A stretch of 61,972 nucleotides of DNA, the filler included, from Candidatus Fermentibacterota bacterium (GTDB taxonomy: Bacteria > JAFGKV01): assembly GCA_016928395.1 (NCBI GenBank). It is 7 parts of 7 records of this genome, joined end to end, with 100 filler letters (N's around TTAATTAATTAA, not from the genome) between each part and the next. Parts side by side here need not be neighbours in the genome. Positions count along the whole stretch, not along the records: positions 4,384 to 16,735 come from JAFGKV010000150.1; positions 16,836 to 34,053 come from JAFGKV010000152.1; 5 more parts are not named here. One strand, 5' to 3'. Positions 11,624-21,599 of the stretch are shown one piece after another (within the stretch, counting starts at the first letter, position 1; every line of letters begins with the position of its first letter). Below the pieces are notes generated by a model. The model had not been told where the DNA came from and made no database searches. It saw only the letters and a list, made by a program, of their open reading frames with translations. Made by a program: the position numbers and the translations under genes.

Positions 11624-13309
11624 ATGGACCAAAGACCTCTGATAGTCCAGAGCGACAAGACCATTCTCTTGGCCACGGATAGCGCCGTGTATCATGAGAT
11701 TCGGGACTTCGTCGCCCGGTTTGCGGAGCTTGAGCGAAGCCCTGAGCACTTCCACACCTATCGCATCAGTCCGGTATCGTTGTGGAACGCCGCCTCGGCC
11801 GGCACTACGCCCCGGGACATCCTGCAGGGGCTTATGGCGTACTCCCGGTATCCTGTGCCCCCCAATATTGCGGTGGAAATCGAAGAGCAGATGTCGCGCT
11901 ACGGGTCGCTGCAATTGGTCCGTCGCGGAACTGAGCTTGTCCTGTCGTCTCCTGATGGGGCGTTGCTGCGCAGGGTGGCCCGGAATCCCTCGTTGTCGAA
12001 GGTCCTGGCGGATCGCGTCGATGACGGATTTGCCGTGCCGGTGCTCATGCGAGGAAAGCTCAAGGTTGTGTTGCTCAAGCTCGGATGGCCCGTGGAGGAT
12101 CTTGCCGGATACACCCCAGGCACCCCCCTGACCATGGGGCTCAGAGAAAGGACGCTCGCTGGAGTTCCCTTCTCATTGCGTGGCTATCAGCGAGATGCGG
12201 CAGAGGTGTTTCACGCGGGAGGCTCCGAACGCGGCGGCAGCGGGGTAATCGTGCTCCCGTGCGGTTCAGGTAAAACCATGGTGGGCATGGGCGCCATGGC
12301 GCAGCTCCAGCGCCACACACTCATCCTGACCACGGGGATCAGCGCCGCGCGGCAATGGCTCAGGGAACTCCGCGACAAGACGACCTTGAAGGATGAAGAG
12401 ATGGGCGAGTACACAGGCCTGAAGAAGGAAGTCAGACCCGTGACCGTCACCACGTATCAAACCCTAAGCTTCCGCAAGAAGAAGACCGAGCCGTTTCCGC
12501 ACTATGACCTGTTCACGACCTTGGACTGGGGGCTCATCATCTATGATGAAGTACATCTGCTCCCCGCGCCCATCTTCAGGATTGCTGCTGAGATCCAGGC
12601 ACGCCGCCGACTGGGGCTGACCGCGACTCTGGTGCGGGAGGACGGCCGGGAGGGTGAAGTATTTTCACTTATCGGGCCGAAACGCTATGACGTCCCGTGG
12701 AAGGATCTCGAACGCGCGGGCTGGATTGCCGGCGCATTGTGCTACGAGATCCGTCTTGACCTTCCCGCCGACGAGGAAGAAGACTACTTTGCCCACGCCC
12801 CCAGGCGCCAACTCCGCATCGCCAGCAGCAACCCTGCCAAGGATGAGGTGGTGAAGAGACTCCTTGACCGACACCGAAACGACAAGGTACTGATCATCGG
12901 GTTCTATCTCGATCAGCTACGCAGAATCTCGGTGCGGTACGACCTTCCCCTCATTCTGGGTGATACGGCCCAAGGAAAGCGCGACGCCCTCTACGACGCA
13001 TTCAGGCGAGGCGAGGTGCGATGCCTCGTTGTTTCCAAGGTCGGCAACTTCGCCATAGATCTCCCTGAGGCAAATGTCGCCATTCAGGTTTCCGGCACCT
13101 TTGGGTCCCGGCAGGAGGAGGCGCAGCGATTGGGCCGTATTCTCAGACCCAAGCAGGACGGCTCCTCCGCCCGCTTCTACACGTTGATCACACGCCGCAC
13201 TGCCGATGAAGAGTTCGCGGCCAACCGCCAGCTCTTCCTGACCGAGCAGGGGTACCGCTACTACATCGTGCGAGCAGAAGAGCTCGACCTTCTGGATGAG
13301 CTGCCGTAG
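11624..13309 (+). CDS. XPB/Rad25/Ssl2-like SF2 DNA helicase
   Basis: N-terminal PLIVQSDKT..ELERSPEHFHTY, Walker A LPCGSGKT, DEVH, QEEAQRLGRILRPK. Confidence 0.93.
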   Translation: MDQRPLIVQSDKTILLATDSAVYHEIRDFVARFAELERSPEHFHTYRISPVSLWNAASAGTTPRDILQGLMAYSRYPVPPNIAVEIEEQMSRYGSLQLVRRGTELVLSSPDGALLRRVARNPSLSKVLADRVDDGFAVPVLMRGKLKVVLLKLGWPVEDLAGYTPGTPLTMGLRERTLAGVPFSLRGYQRDAAEVFHAGGSERGGSGVIVLPCGSGKTMVGMGAMAQLQRHTLILTTGISAARQWLRELRDKTTLKDEEMGEYTGLKKEVRPVTVTTYQTLSFRKKKTEPFPHYDLFTTLDWGLIIYDEVHLLPAPIFRIAAEIQARRRLGLTATLVREDGREGEVFSLIGPKRYDVPWKDLERAGWIAGALCYEIRLDLPADEEEDYFAHAPRRQLRIASSNPAKDEVVKRLLDRHRNDKVLIIGFYLDQLRRISVRYDLPLILGDTAQGKRDALYDAFRRGEVRCLVVSKVGNFAIDLPEANVAIQVSGTFGSRQEEAQRLGRILRPKQDGSSARFYTLITRRTADEEFAANRQLFLTEQGYRYYIVRAEELDLLDELP

Positions 13310-13473
13310 CGCTCCCCTCCCGAGCAGTCCGCCCTGCCGCCTGGTGGTTGGCGATCGTTTCATAGCGTGAGAGCTCTCGGCTGTCTCTCTTTTCACCCCG
13401 GGCATTGTCCGCTCTTTTGACCGAAGCCTCCGCGTCGTACATTGACACGCCCACTGCAGAGAAGGAGCGAACA

Positions 13474-14853
13474 GTGATACTACGCGAACCAGTTGAATCG
13501 GTAGTGCGACGGGAAGTCGGGTGTACGGTGACCGTGTGTGGGTGGATACGCACAGCCCGTCTCTCCCGAACCGTTGCCTTCGCCGCGATCAATGACGGAT
13601 CATGCGCGCAAAACCTGCAGGTCGTCTTCGACCGTGAGCGGTTCACAGACGACAGCCTCTCCGGATTGCTGACCGGTGCCTGCATCAAGGTTCTCGGGGA
13701 GATCGTCAGTTCGCCGGGGCAGGAACAAGCCAAAGAGCTCCACGCAACGTCCCTGGAGATCATCGGCCCGGTAGATGACGCCTACCCATTGCAGAAGAAA
13801 CGGCACTCCCTGGAGTTCCTGCGCTCCATGACCCACCTGCGTCCGCGCACCAACACCTTCGCCAGCGTCTTCCGGGTTCGCCATCATCTCTGCCTCGCCA
13901 TCCATCGTTTCTTCGATGATGATGGGTTCTACTACATCCAGCCGCCGCTGATCACCAGCAGCGATTGCGAGGGCGCCGGGGAAACCTTCCAGGTGACGGC
14001 TCTCCCGTTGACGCAGGTGCCCTTGAAGGACGGCGCAGTGGATTTCTCCCGGGATTTCTTCCGGATGCCGGCCTTCTTGTCCGTCAGCGCTCAACTGGAG
14101 GCGGAGCCCCTGGCCCTGGCCTTGGGCAAGGTCTATACCTTCGGGCCGACGTTCCGTGCCGATCCGTCAGACACCAGGACGCATGTGGCCGAATTCTGGA
14201 TGATCGAACCTGAGATGGCCTTTTTCGACCTCGAAGACACCATGAATCTCATCGAGCGATTCATGAAGCACTGCGTCCGCTACGTAGCCGAGCGCTGCCC
14301 GGACGAGGTCGCCTTCTTCCAGAAGCACTACGAACCGGGATTGACTGAGCGATACCGAACCATACTGGAGAGCGAGTTTGAACGCATCACCTACACCGAG
14401 GCGGTAGAAACGCTGGCTTCATCGGGGGCACGATTCGAGACAGTGCCTCGCTGGGGTGAGGATTTCTCGTCCGAACATCAGCGTTACCTGGCGGGTGAGG
14501 TGTTCGGTAAACCCGTGTTCGTGACTGATTTCCCCGCATCCATCAAGCCGTTCTATATGCGGGTCAATGCCGACGGCACGACTGTGGCCGGCGTTGACCT
14601 TTTCGCGCCAGTCGTCGGAGAACTGGTGGGCGGCAGCCAGCGAGAAGAACGGCTTGCTCATCTTGGGCGCCGCGCCCAAGAAGCAGGGATAGACATGGAA
14701 ACCTACCGCTGGTATCTCGAGCTGCGTCGTTGGGGAAGCGCACCCCATTCGGGATTCGGCCTCGGGTTCGACCGTATGCTCATGTATCTGACCGGCATGG
14801 AAAACATACGCGACGTCATCCCCTACCCCCGCGCCTTCGGCAAGATGTACTGA
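13474..14853 (+). CDS. asnS: Asparagine--tRNA ligase
   Basis: GWIRT, NDGS, YPLQKKRHSLEFLR, DCEGAGETF, TFGPTFRA, GGSQREER, GFGLGFDR; AAGGAG RBS before GTG 13474. Confidence 0.96.
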   Translation: MILREPVESVVRREVGCTVTVCGWIRTARLSRTVAFAAINDGSCAQNLQVVFDRERFTDDSLSGLLTGACIKVLGEIVSSPGQEQAKELHATSLEIIGPVDDAYPLQKKRHSLEFLRSMTHLRPRTNTFASVFRVRHHLCLAIHRFFDDDGFYYIQPPLITSSDCEGAGETFQVTALPLTQVPLKDGAVDFSRDFFRMPAFLSVSAQLEAEPLALALGKVYTFGPTFRADPSDTRTHVAEFWMIEPEMAFFDLEDTMNLIERFMKHCVRYVAERCPDEVAFFQKHYEPGLTERYRTILESEFERITYTEAVETLASSGARFETVPRWGEDFSSEHQRYLAGEVFGKPVFVTDFPASIKPFYMRVNADGTTVAGVDLFAPVVGELVGGSQREERLAHLGRRAQEAGIDMETYRWYLELRRWGSAPHSGFGLGFDRMLMYLTGMENIRDVIPYPRAFGKMY

Positions 14854-15026
14854 CGGGCTCGCATCGTACGCAGTTCACGGGGAGCGCTACGCCGGCGGCG
14901 GCACGACTGGGCCATCGAGCCGGACCTCCCACATACGAGGCCATTCGGAAGCTTGTTCAACTCCTTGACCCGAGGGGCCGATGAGGCGACTCCTCGCTCT
15001 GTGGTGGGTAAACCACAAGGAAGAAT

Positions 15027-16367
15027 TCAACCGGTGCCCGTGATGCTGGCACGGACCCCGGATCGACATGCGGAGAGACAGGGCGGCAAGAGATAGATAT
15101 TGCCCGCGAGACGGCCGAGCAGGATCGCCAGGGCCGCAGCAGTGGCGCCAGTCATGCCAAGGAGCCTGACCGTCACCATCAGCACGGCCGTGATGCCCAC
15201 CAGCTCCGTGACGGTCGCCCCGGTGACTGGTCTCGTCTTCCGTACATCGATGAGGATTGCCCGCTGTATCGCCTGCAGGGCTCCCAGGGCCGGCATCAAG
15301 ACCAAGATACGCACCGAGGTCAAGGCAAAGGCCATGAGTTCCGGAGAAAGACCGGCAACGCGCCGGAACCACACACCAGCCAGCGGCGTCCACACCAGAA
15401 TTGTCAATCCCGTCATGGTGGTAGCCGCCAGCATCAGGGAGAAGCGCAGCACCGGCCGGAGGTTGTGCCAGCCGCGCCCCAGCAGTGCGATGGCCGCCTC
15501 CTGGAAACTGACTCCCGGCGTGCGAAAGATGAACACGAGAGAGTTGACCACCGGCAGCACAGCCAGCGACTCGAGCGGATGCTTCGCGCCGCCCATGAAG
15601 AATGTCACCATGGGTGAGGCAGCCATGGTGAGCACCATGGTCATGGCCAAAGGAGCGTAGAACGACCCTATCTGTGTGTAGGTCGGTACGGGAGGCAGTG
15701 CCTCCTCGGGGCGGTGTCCCCTCTTGAGTGCCCGCCGGGGGCCGGCAGCCATGAGCCGGCTGGCCAGAGCTTCCGCACATACCCCCGCTGAGAGGGATGC
15801 AGCCCCGATCCATGCTCCCGCCATCTTTGTGATCGCCGTGAGCACCAGCGCGGTCGCTCCCATGCCGGCCAGCCGGACTGCCGTGCCGTAGGCGACACGC
15901 CGGGTCAGCCCAGCCCTGATCAGCAGGCCCTGGTAGAAGCGCCGGTATCCGATGGCCGCTGGCCAGGGGATGAGGAGCCAGAGTGACACATAGGTCAGGC
16001 GCGCTACGACCTGGTCCAAGCCCAGGAGGCTCCCTGTCAGGAAACGGTAGACCGGAGGCACCAAGACGAGAAGCATGATGGCGGTGATGCCGGCATTCAG
16101 CCCATGGGCGAAGACCCGCAGTCGGCGAAAGGTCCGCCACGAATCCACGAGCGCCGTCGAGGCGCTCATCATCATGATGACCGGCGCCTCGACCAGAATG
16201 GCGATGGCAAAGGCCACACCATAGGCGGCAAGGTTATGGGTAGGCTCCGGCAGCCGGGCGATCACGGCAGCCAGAAATGGCCCTTCCACCGCCATGAACA
16301 GCCAGGTAATGGCCAAGGGCGCCCAGAACCTGGCGACGGCGCGCTGAGTGAGTGGAGTTGCAGTCAT
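15027..16367 (-). CDS. MATE/MOP-superfamily membrane protein
   Basis: Two-fold repeated FWAPLA/FYAPLA halves; about 12 TM helices. Confidence 0.7.
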   Translation of the reverse strand: MTATPLTQRAVARFWAPLAITWLFMAVEGPFLAAVIARLPEPTHNLAAYGVAFAIAILVEAPVIMMMSASTALVDSWRTFRRLRVFAHGLNAGITAIMLLVLVPPVYRFLTGSLLGLDQVVARLTYVSLWLLIPWPAAIGYRRFYQGLLIRAGLTRRVAYGTAVRLAGMGATALVLTAITKMAGAWIGAASLSAGVCAEALASRLMAAGPRRALKRGHRPEEALPPVPTYTQIGSFYAPLAMTMVLTMAASPMVTFFMGGAKHPLESLAVLPVVNSLVFIFRTPGVSFQEAAIALLGRGWHNLRPVLRFSLMLAATTMTGLTILVWTPLAGVWFRRVAGLSPELMAFALTSVRILVLMPALGALQAIQRAILIDVRKTRPVTGATVTELVGITAVLMVTVRLLGMTGATAAALAILLGRLAGNIYLLPPCLSACRSGVRASITGTG

Positions 16368-16416
16368 GGGGTGATAAGATAGCAGAAGACCACGCGGAGA
16401 GAAGCACGGCGGGAAG

Positions 16417-16735
16417 ATGGAAGGAAGGATGGATGATTGGATGGAACGATGGAATGATGGAGGGATGGATGGATGGAATGATGGAACGATGGAATGATGG
16501 AACGATGGAATGATGGAACGATGGAACGATGGAGGGATGGAACGATGGAACGATGGAGGGATGGAATGATGGAATGATGGAACGATGGAATGATGGAATG
16601 ATGGAACGATGGAGGGATGGAACGATGGAATGATGGAACGATGGAGGGATGGGACGATGGAAGGATGGAACGATGGAATGATGGAACGATGGAACGATGG
16701 AACGATGGAACGATGGAATGATGGAACGATGGAAC
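16417..16735 (+). repeat. Octamer tandem array (ATGGAATG / ATGGAACG / ATGGAGGG)n, cut by the gap
   Basis: Roughly 35-40 degenerate 8-nt units read directly. Confidence 0.95.
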
Positions 16736-16835
16736 NNNNNNNNNNNNNNNNNNNNNNNNNNNNNNNNNNNNNNNNNNNNTTAATTAATTAANNNNNNNNN
16801 NNNNNNNNNNNNNNNNNNNNNNNNNNNNNNNNNNN
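16736..16835. other. Artificial contig linker
   Basis: N-TTAATTAATTAA-N. Confidence 0.99.
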
Positions 16836-16922
16836 CTTCTGGATCCTTGAGTTCGTGTCTATCTCAAGATAACCAGAGGCGGGGAGGCCGCCTCAATTCT
16901 CAACTAAGTATGGCACACCCTC
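16836..16922 (-). mobile_element. Probable insertion-sequence end interrupting the AAA ATPase gene
   Basis: Protein similarity stops at ...DTLMGRL; the minus strand then reads GAGGGTGTGCCATACTTAGTTGAG... and a hairpin (tggttatcttgag/ctcaaggatcca) up to the contig break. Confidence 0.45.
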
Positions 16923-17623
16923 AGCCTTCCCATCAGGGTGTCGATGAGGGTCTGATAGTATTCCCGTACTGTCTTGGAGTCTACGCCGCATTCACGGGCT
17001 ATGTTGGAGTAGTTTGTCAACTGCCCGTGAGAGTAGGCCATGGCGTCGAAGAAGCGCGAGAAGGCCGGGATGTTTCTCGTCAAGCCCTCGGCAGCCACTT
17101 CCTCTTTCAGGTAGTCTAGTACGTAGGCGCGAAGCGATCGTCGGTGATTCTCCTGCAGGTAATGACTGGGGATGAGCCCGCGGGTCAGCGCCCGCAAGAG
17201 ATCGAAGTCGCGGATTTCCGGGAAGACGAGTGGAAACATCTCGAAGCGCCACGCCCGCCCGCCCAGAAGATTCGCTTTGCCTCGTTTGAGCTTCCGGGCG
17301 CTCGAACCGCACAGGATGAACCGAAGGCCCCTGTTCTCGATAAGCCACTGTACTTCATCGAGCAGAGCAGGCACTTTCTGGACCTCGTCCAGAATGATGG
17401 GCCTGTCCAACAGTGCCTCCGGCTGGGCGGCGAGCTGCTCACGAAGCGCCCACGGGCGCGAGGAAAGCTCGAAGTAGGTGTCAGACTTGAGGAAGTCGTA
17501 GCGCAGGCTCTCCGGGAATTGAGACTGCAGGAAGGTGGACTTGCCAACCTTTCTCGGTCCCCACAGAAACGCCGACTGCCGTGCAGGCAGATCGATTCTC
17601 AGCAGTCGCTCGATGTGACTCAC
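16904..17623 (-). pseudogene. AAA_14 / DUF4143-type ATPase, C-terminally truncated
   Basis: Walker A GPRKVGKST, Walker B ILDEVQK, CGSSARKL, LLGGRA and HTH-like NYSNIARECGVDSKTV; only about 240 aa, lacking the usual C-terminal part. Confidence 0.8.
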
Positions 17624-17648
17624 TCGGAACAACCTCCAGAAAAGTATA

Positions 17649-17687
17649 ACCATTTCGGAGTATACTCCGAAATGGTAAGCAAATCAA
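17649..17687 (-). promoter_or_regulatory. Sigma70-like promoter overlapped by a perfect 28-bp palindromic operator
   Basis: TTGATT-17-TATACT on the minus strand; ACCATTTCGGAGTATACTCCGAAATGGT at 17649-17676. Confidence 0.7.
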
Positions 17688-17801
17688 GACCACAGATCAG
17701 GGTGCGGCATCTTCGGAATCATCCCGGTGTGTGGGGGCCTAGTCCAGAGCCCACGACCGCGATCTCCTTACCACCGAGCATCTATCCGCCGCGCCGGGAA
17801 G

Positions 17802-19754
17802 TCAGTCGAACGTATGGCGGACGTCCTCGTTGAAGCGGATGAAGGGGAAGGTGCGGGAGTCAGACCCGGCGGAGATCCGCAGGAAATAGACCCCCGATGG
17901 GGCCGGGGTACGCGGGCTGGCCCAGCCATCCCACTGCAGTGCCGTATACCCCGGACCAGCGGTCACCGGCAACGACGACCAGACATGTCGGCCCAGCATG
18001 TCGAATACCGAAAGCTGCAGCGCGCGCTCGTCGGGGAGATCCACGCCGACCAGAACCGGATGAGGGGTTGGGTTGGGGCGCGGAGCGTGGAACACAAGGG
18101 GAGGAGGAGACTCTCCCGGGTCTCCGGGGCCGCTTTCCACCCAGAGGAGCACCTTGTGCAGGGGGTCGAGCTCCCAGGTATCGACGCGGAAGGGAACGGC
18201 GAACCCCGTCTCCAGGCTCGATGAGGTCATCTCACAGGTGACAACGCTGTCGCAGTAGGCCCCGATGAGGCGGAGCTCCAGCGGGAGACGGTAGGCCTCC
18301 CCGGGCTGAAGCTGTTGCAGGCGTATGGTCAGGGAGTCGCCGTCGAACCGGTGGATGCGCTCCCACGAGAGCGCCAGCCGCGGCCGGCCTTCCCGGGTTA
18401 GCCACTGATCGAAGAACCACTCGAGCGATCCGCCGTGCCGTGCCTCAAAGGCGCTTCGGAGATCGTCGGTCGCGGCCGTGTCATAGGCATGGGCCGCACC
18501 ATAGTCAGCCAAGGCGCCCCAGAACGCCTCGTCTCCCACGAGCTGCCGCAGCATGTGGATGACCCAGGCGCCCTTGTCGTAGACCGTGATGCTGAAGGTG
18601 TAGTCGGGGTTCAGGATGGTCCCGGGGAACTCGGTGCCCGTGGTCAGAAGGTAGTCCTGACTCAGCATGTAGGCGCGATAAGCAGAATCGCCGCCGCAGT
18701 GCTCCGCCCATACGGCCTCGGAGAACGAGGCCAGCCCCTCATTGAGCCAGATGTCATTCCACGACGCGCAGGTCACCCAGTCGCCCCACCATTGATGGGC
18801 CAGCTCGTGGGCCACGATCCAGTCAAAGCGGTGATCCCCGCGCACATGCACATCGCCGTAGGAGGTCACCGTCTGATGCTCCATGGCGCCGCTGCTACCG
18901 ATCATGGCCATGCCGTACTTCTCGGGACGGAAGGGATAGGGGCCATACCAAAGCTCGAAGGCAGAGATCATCCTGGAGGTAGGGGAGAAGTCCTCCCGGG
19001 CGGCGGCCAGCTTCTCCGGGTACACATAGTGGCGGATGGGAATAGTGTCGCCCGCGGTGGAGACGCAGCTCTCCTCGATGGCGACATAGTCGGTGCCGGC
19101 TAGCGACACGAGATAGGGCGCGATGGGATGGAGTTCCCGCCAGCGATAGGTCGTCCACCCATCCCACTCTTCCATGGCTTCCAGGATGCCATTGCCTGCC
19201 ACGGAGAAGCTGTCCGCGGGGTAGGGGACCGAGACGGTCATGGTCACCAGCGCCTTGTCCGACGGGGTGTCGCGGCAGGGCCACCAGGTATGGGCATAGT
19301 CGGTCTGGCTCAAGGTCCAGAACTGCGGCCGGCCGTCACGGTCTCGGCAGACGAAGGAGCCGAATCCACCGGCGACAGGCGTACCGCTGTAGCCGACAAG
19401 AACGGTCAGCGTATCGCCCTGACCATGAGACAGTAGCGGAATCCGAATTCGATCATCCACATGGGAGAAAGCCGCCGGCACATAGTCGAGAGAGACCTCA
19501 GAGACGGACAGGGCCGACGAGAGGTCTACGATCAGCGTATCCAATGCCGCTTGGAGGAGAACAGTCATGCGAACCGCTCCGGAGAGGGTGCACGATTCCG
19601 GTCTCACCGACAGCTCGATCTCGTAGGTCAAAGCGTCGTATCCCTCCTGGGCCTGCCAGGGCTCCGTCACGGGCGCGCGCAGGGAGAGCAGGGCCGTACG
19701 TTCGGCGGGATCGGGGGGCTGGAAGGCGAACGCGAGGAGCAAGGGAAGTATCAT
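17802..19754 (-). CDS. Secreted M1-family aminopeptidase with FlgD/T9SS-like C-terminal domain
   Basis: GAMEH, HELAHQWWGD, WLNEG, YDKGAW; C-terminal PRPNP..SVFDMLGR..WDG..SGVYFLR. Confidence 0.92.
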   Translation of the reverse strand: MILPLLLAFAFQPPDPAERTALLSLRAPVTEPWQAQEGYDALTYEIELSVRPESCTLSGAVRMTVLLQAALDTLIVDLSSALSVSEVSLDYVPAAFSHVDDRIRIPLLSHGQGDTLTVLVGYSGTPVAGGFGSFVCRDRDGRPQFWTLSQTDYAHTWWPCRDTPSDKALVTMTVSVPYPADSFSVAGNGILEAMEEWDGWTTYRWRELHPIAPYLVSLAGTDYVAIEESCVSTAGDTIPIRHYVYPEKLAAAREDFSPTSRMISAFELWYGPYPFRPEKYGMAMIGSSGAMEHQTVTSYGDVHVRGDHRFDWIVAHELAHQWWGDWVTCASWNDIWLNEGLASFSEAVWAEHCGGDSAYRAYMLSQDYLLTTGTEFPGTILNPDYTFSITVYDKGAWVIHMLRQLVGDEAFWGALADYGAAHAYDTAATDDLRSAFEARHGGSLEWFFDQWLTREGRPRLALSWERIHRFDGDSLTIRLQQLQPGEAYRLPLELRLIGAYCDSVVTCEMTSSSLETGFAVPFRVDTWELDPLHKVLLWVESGPGDPGESPPPLVFHAPRPNPTPHPVLVGVDLPDERALQLSVFDMLGRHVWSSLPVTAGPGYTALQWDGWASPRTPAPSGVYFLRISAGSDSRTFPFIRFNEDVRHTFD

Positions 19755-19889
19755 GGGCGGCTTCACCTCGGGAGGGGGGCACAAGGGCGAAACTCACCAT
19801 GAGGCACCCGCATCCCCCCTCCTGGGTTCCCGGGGACCCTGGCGCGCGATGAGGGGTACGTCAAGTCCGTGGGGCTGCGAGGAGGAACC

Positions 19890-20069
19890 ATGGCGACACT
19901 TCGACAGAACATGGATCGCTTCTGCTGAATCTGGATAGCGCTCGTTGCTACCCTGGTTCAGGGGATAGCTCGTATCATTCGGCCTGGATCGACCCCGGTC
20001 ATGACCCCGTCGTGCGGGGTGAAGCTCAGCTCACTAGAGACTGAGGACACGGCCGGTTCAGAGTCGTAG
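19890..20069 (+). CDS. Candidate small selenoprotein (59 aa, Sec at codon 13): MATLRQNMDRFCUIWIALVATLVQGIARIIRPGSTPVMTPSCGVKLSSLETEDTAGSES
   Basis: GAGGAGG RBS; TGC-TGA at 19923-19928; frame stays open 46 more codons to TAG; hairpin gctaCCCTG-gtt-CAGGGgatagc 3' of the UGA. Confidence 0.5.
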
Positions 20070-20075
20070 ATGAGG

Positions 20076-20115
20076 GTCGTGGGAGCTATTCTCAGCTTAG
20101 AATAGCTCCCACGAC
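20076..20115. repeat. Perfect 17-bp-arm hairpin (REP-like, or RNA-stabilising/terminating)
   Basis: GTCGTGGGAGCTATTCT-cagctt-AGAATAGCTCCCACGAC. Confidence 0.8.
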
Positions 20116-20156
20116 GCAGGAGACTCCGCAGATCATGGCCGGGAAAGGAGTTGCCC

Positions 20157-21110
20157 ATGACCTCGCGTGTTTCAGTGATCCTGTGCGCATCGATTCTGCT
20201 CTCGAGCTGCGCCGACGATGACCCGACGCAGAGCTATCCGACTGTGCGCCGCGAGGACATGCTGCCTGGAGATATCGCCAAGCGCGGCCCCGAGACGGAT
20301 CATCACCCTCCGATTCTGCACAGCCCGGAGTATGAATCGCCTGTTCCCGTGCCCGGCGCGATCAACACCGCGGGCGCCGAAGACTCGCCGTTTATTCTTC
20401 CCGACGGCAGCGTCATGTACTTCTTCTTCACGCCGGATGTCAGGGTGCCGGTGGAACAGCAGTTGCTGGACAACGTCACCGGTGTGTGGGTGTCCCGCCG
20501 GGAGGGAGACGCATGGGGAGAAGCCGAGAGGGTCTGGCTGCAGGAACCGGGGAAGCTGTCGCTGGACGGCGCGGTCTGCGTGCAGGATGACGAAATGTGG
20601 TTCGCGTCGGCCAGGGAGGGGTATGTCGGCGTCAACATGTTCACGGCGCGACGTGTGGGCAACACATGGGCAGACTGGCAGTATGTCGGCGACAGGCTGA
20701 TGAAGGAACTACAGATCGGCGAGGTGCACCTCCACAACGATTCTCTCTACTTTCATTCCCCGCGCAGCGGGGGTTTTGGCGACTATGATATCTGGGTCAC
20801 CCGGCAACGCGGGGGAACCTGGGAAGACCCCCGCCATCTCGCGGCAGTGAATACTCCCGAGATGGACGGCTTCCCCTTCGTGTCATCCGACGGCAGAGAG
20901 CTCTGGTTTACGCGCACCTACCTGGGCACGCCCGCCGTGTTCCGATCGCTGGGTCAAGGCGACACGTGGGGCGAGCCGGAGCTCATCGTCTCCCAGTTCG
21001 CTGGCGAACCAACCCTTGACGATGAGGGCACTCTCTACTTTGTGCATCACTTCTACGAACACGGCGTGATGATCGAGGCGGATATCTACGTCGCCCGACG
21101 GAGAGGATGA
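20157..21110 (+). CDS. Lipoprotein with PD40/TolB-like beta-propeller repeats
   Basis: Lipobox LSSC; INTAGAEDSPFILPDG..YF, LYFHSPRSGGFGDYDIWV, VNTPEMDGFPFVSSDGRELWF. Confidence 0.8.
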   Translation: MTSRVSVILCASILLSSCADDDPTQSYPTVRREDMLPGDIAKRGPETDHHPPILHSPEYESPVPVPGAINTAGAEDSPFILPDGSVMYFFFTPDVRVPVEQQLLDNVTGVWVSRREGDAWGEAERVWLQEPGKLSLDGAVCVQDDEMWFASAREGYVGVNMFTARRVGNTWADWQYVGDRLMKELQIGEVHLHNDSLYFHSPRSGGFGDYDIWVTRQRGGTWEDPRHLAAVNTPEMDGFPFVSSDGRELWFTRTYLGTPAVFRSLGQGDTWGEPELIVSQFAGEPTLDDEGTLYFVHHFYEHGVMIEADIYVARRRG

Positions 21111-21152
21111 TCCGCCCCGCGCGCGAGCACGCGGGGCCGCGTGCCGCCCGCC

Positions 21153-21599
21153 TTAGTCTTCCGGTTTTGGCCTGGGTGGGACGATGCGCAGACCTTCGGC
21201 TTCCGCTGCCCGGGCTTGGCGATCGTCAAAGCTCATGAAGATCGGCATGATGCCCAGCAAGTGCCCGAGCTCGATGGCGCTGGCGATGTGAATCGCATCA
21301 GCCCCTCGGAGTGCACGGCGTTCGGCGAGATCGCCGGCACGACGCGCTGAGGTCTCAGAGAGCGTGACGCCCACAAAGCCTGGGAGATCGCTGTCGAGCG
21401 CTGACACGGCTCGGCGAAGACCCTGAGACGAGAACGCCCCCTCCCTCTGACGTCTCGCAAGCGCCGCGCGGGCTTCAGGGTAGGCGACTACCGAGATCGC
21501 TACTCGGTCAGCCGCCGCTATCAACGCACGCACATCGTGTGAGCCAGATTCCGACACGTAGAGTTTGACCAAAGCGCTGCTGTCCAGGTAGGCGATCAC
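21153..21599 (-). CDS. vapC: VapC PIN-domain toxin
   Basis: YLDSSALVKLY, LRGADAIHIASA, FMSFDDRQ; GTG overlaps the antitoxin stop. Confidence 0.92.
   Translation of the reverse strand: MIAYLDSSALVKLYVSESGSHDVRALIAAADRVAISVVAYPEARAALARRQREGAFSSQGLRRAVSALDSDLPGFVGVTLSETSARRAGDLAERRALRGADAIHIASAIELGHLLGIMPIFMSFDDRQARAAEAEGLRIVPPRPKPED

Noticed and set aside
16609-16791. ORFs translated from simple repeats (also 61331-61931, 47747-48306, 151-447)
   Set aside because: Low-complexity translations of DNA repeats with no RBS or protein signature
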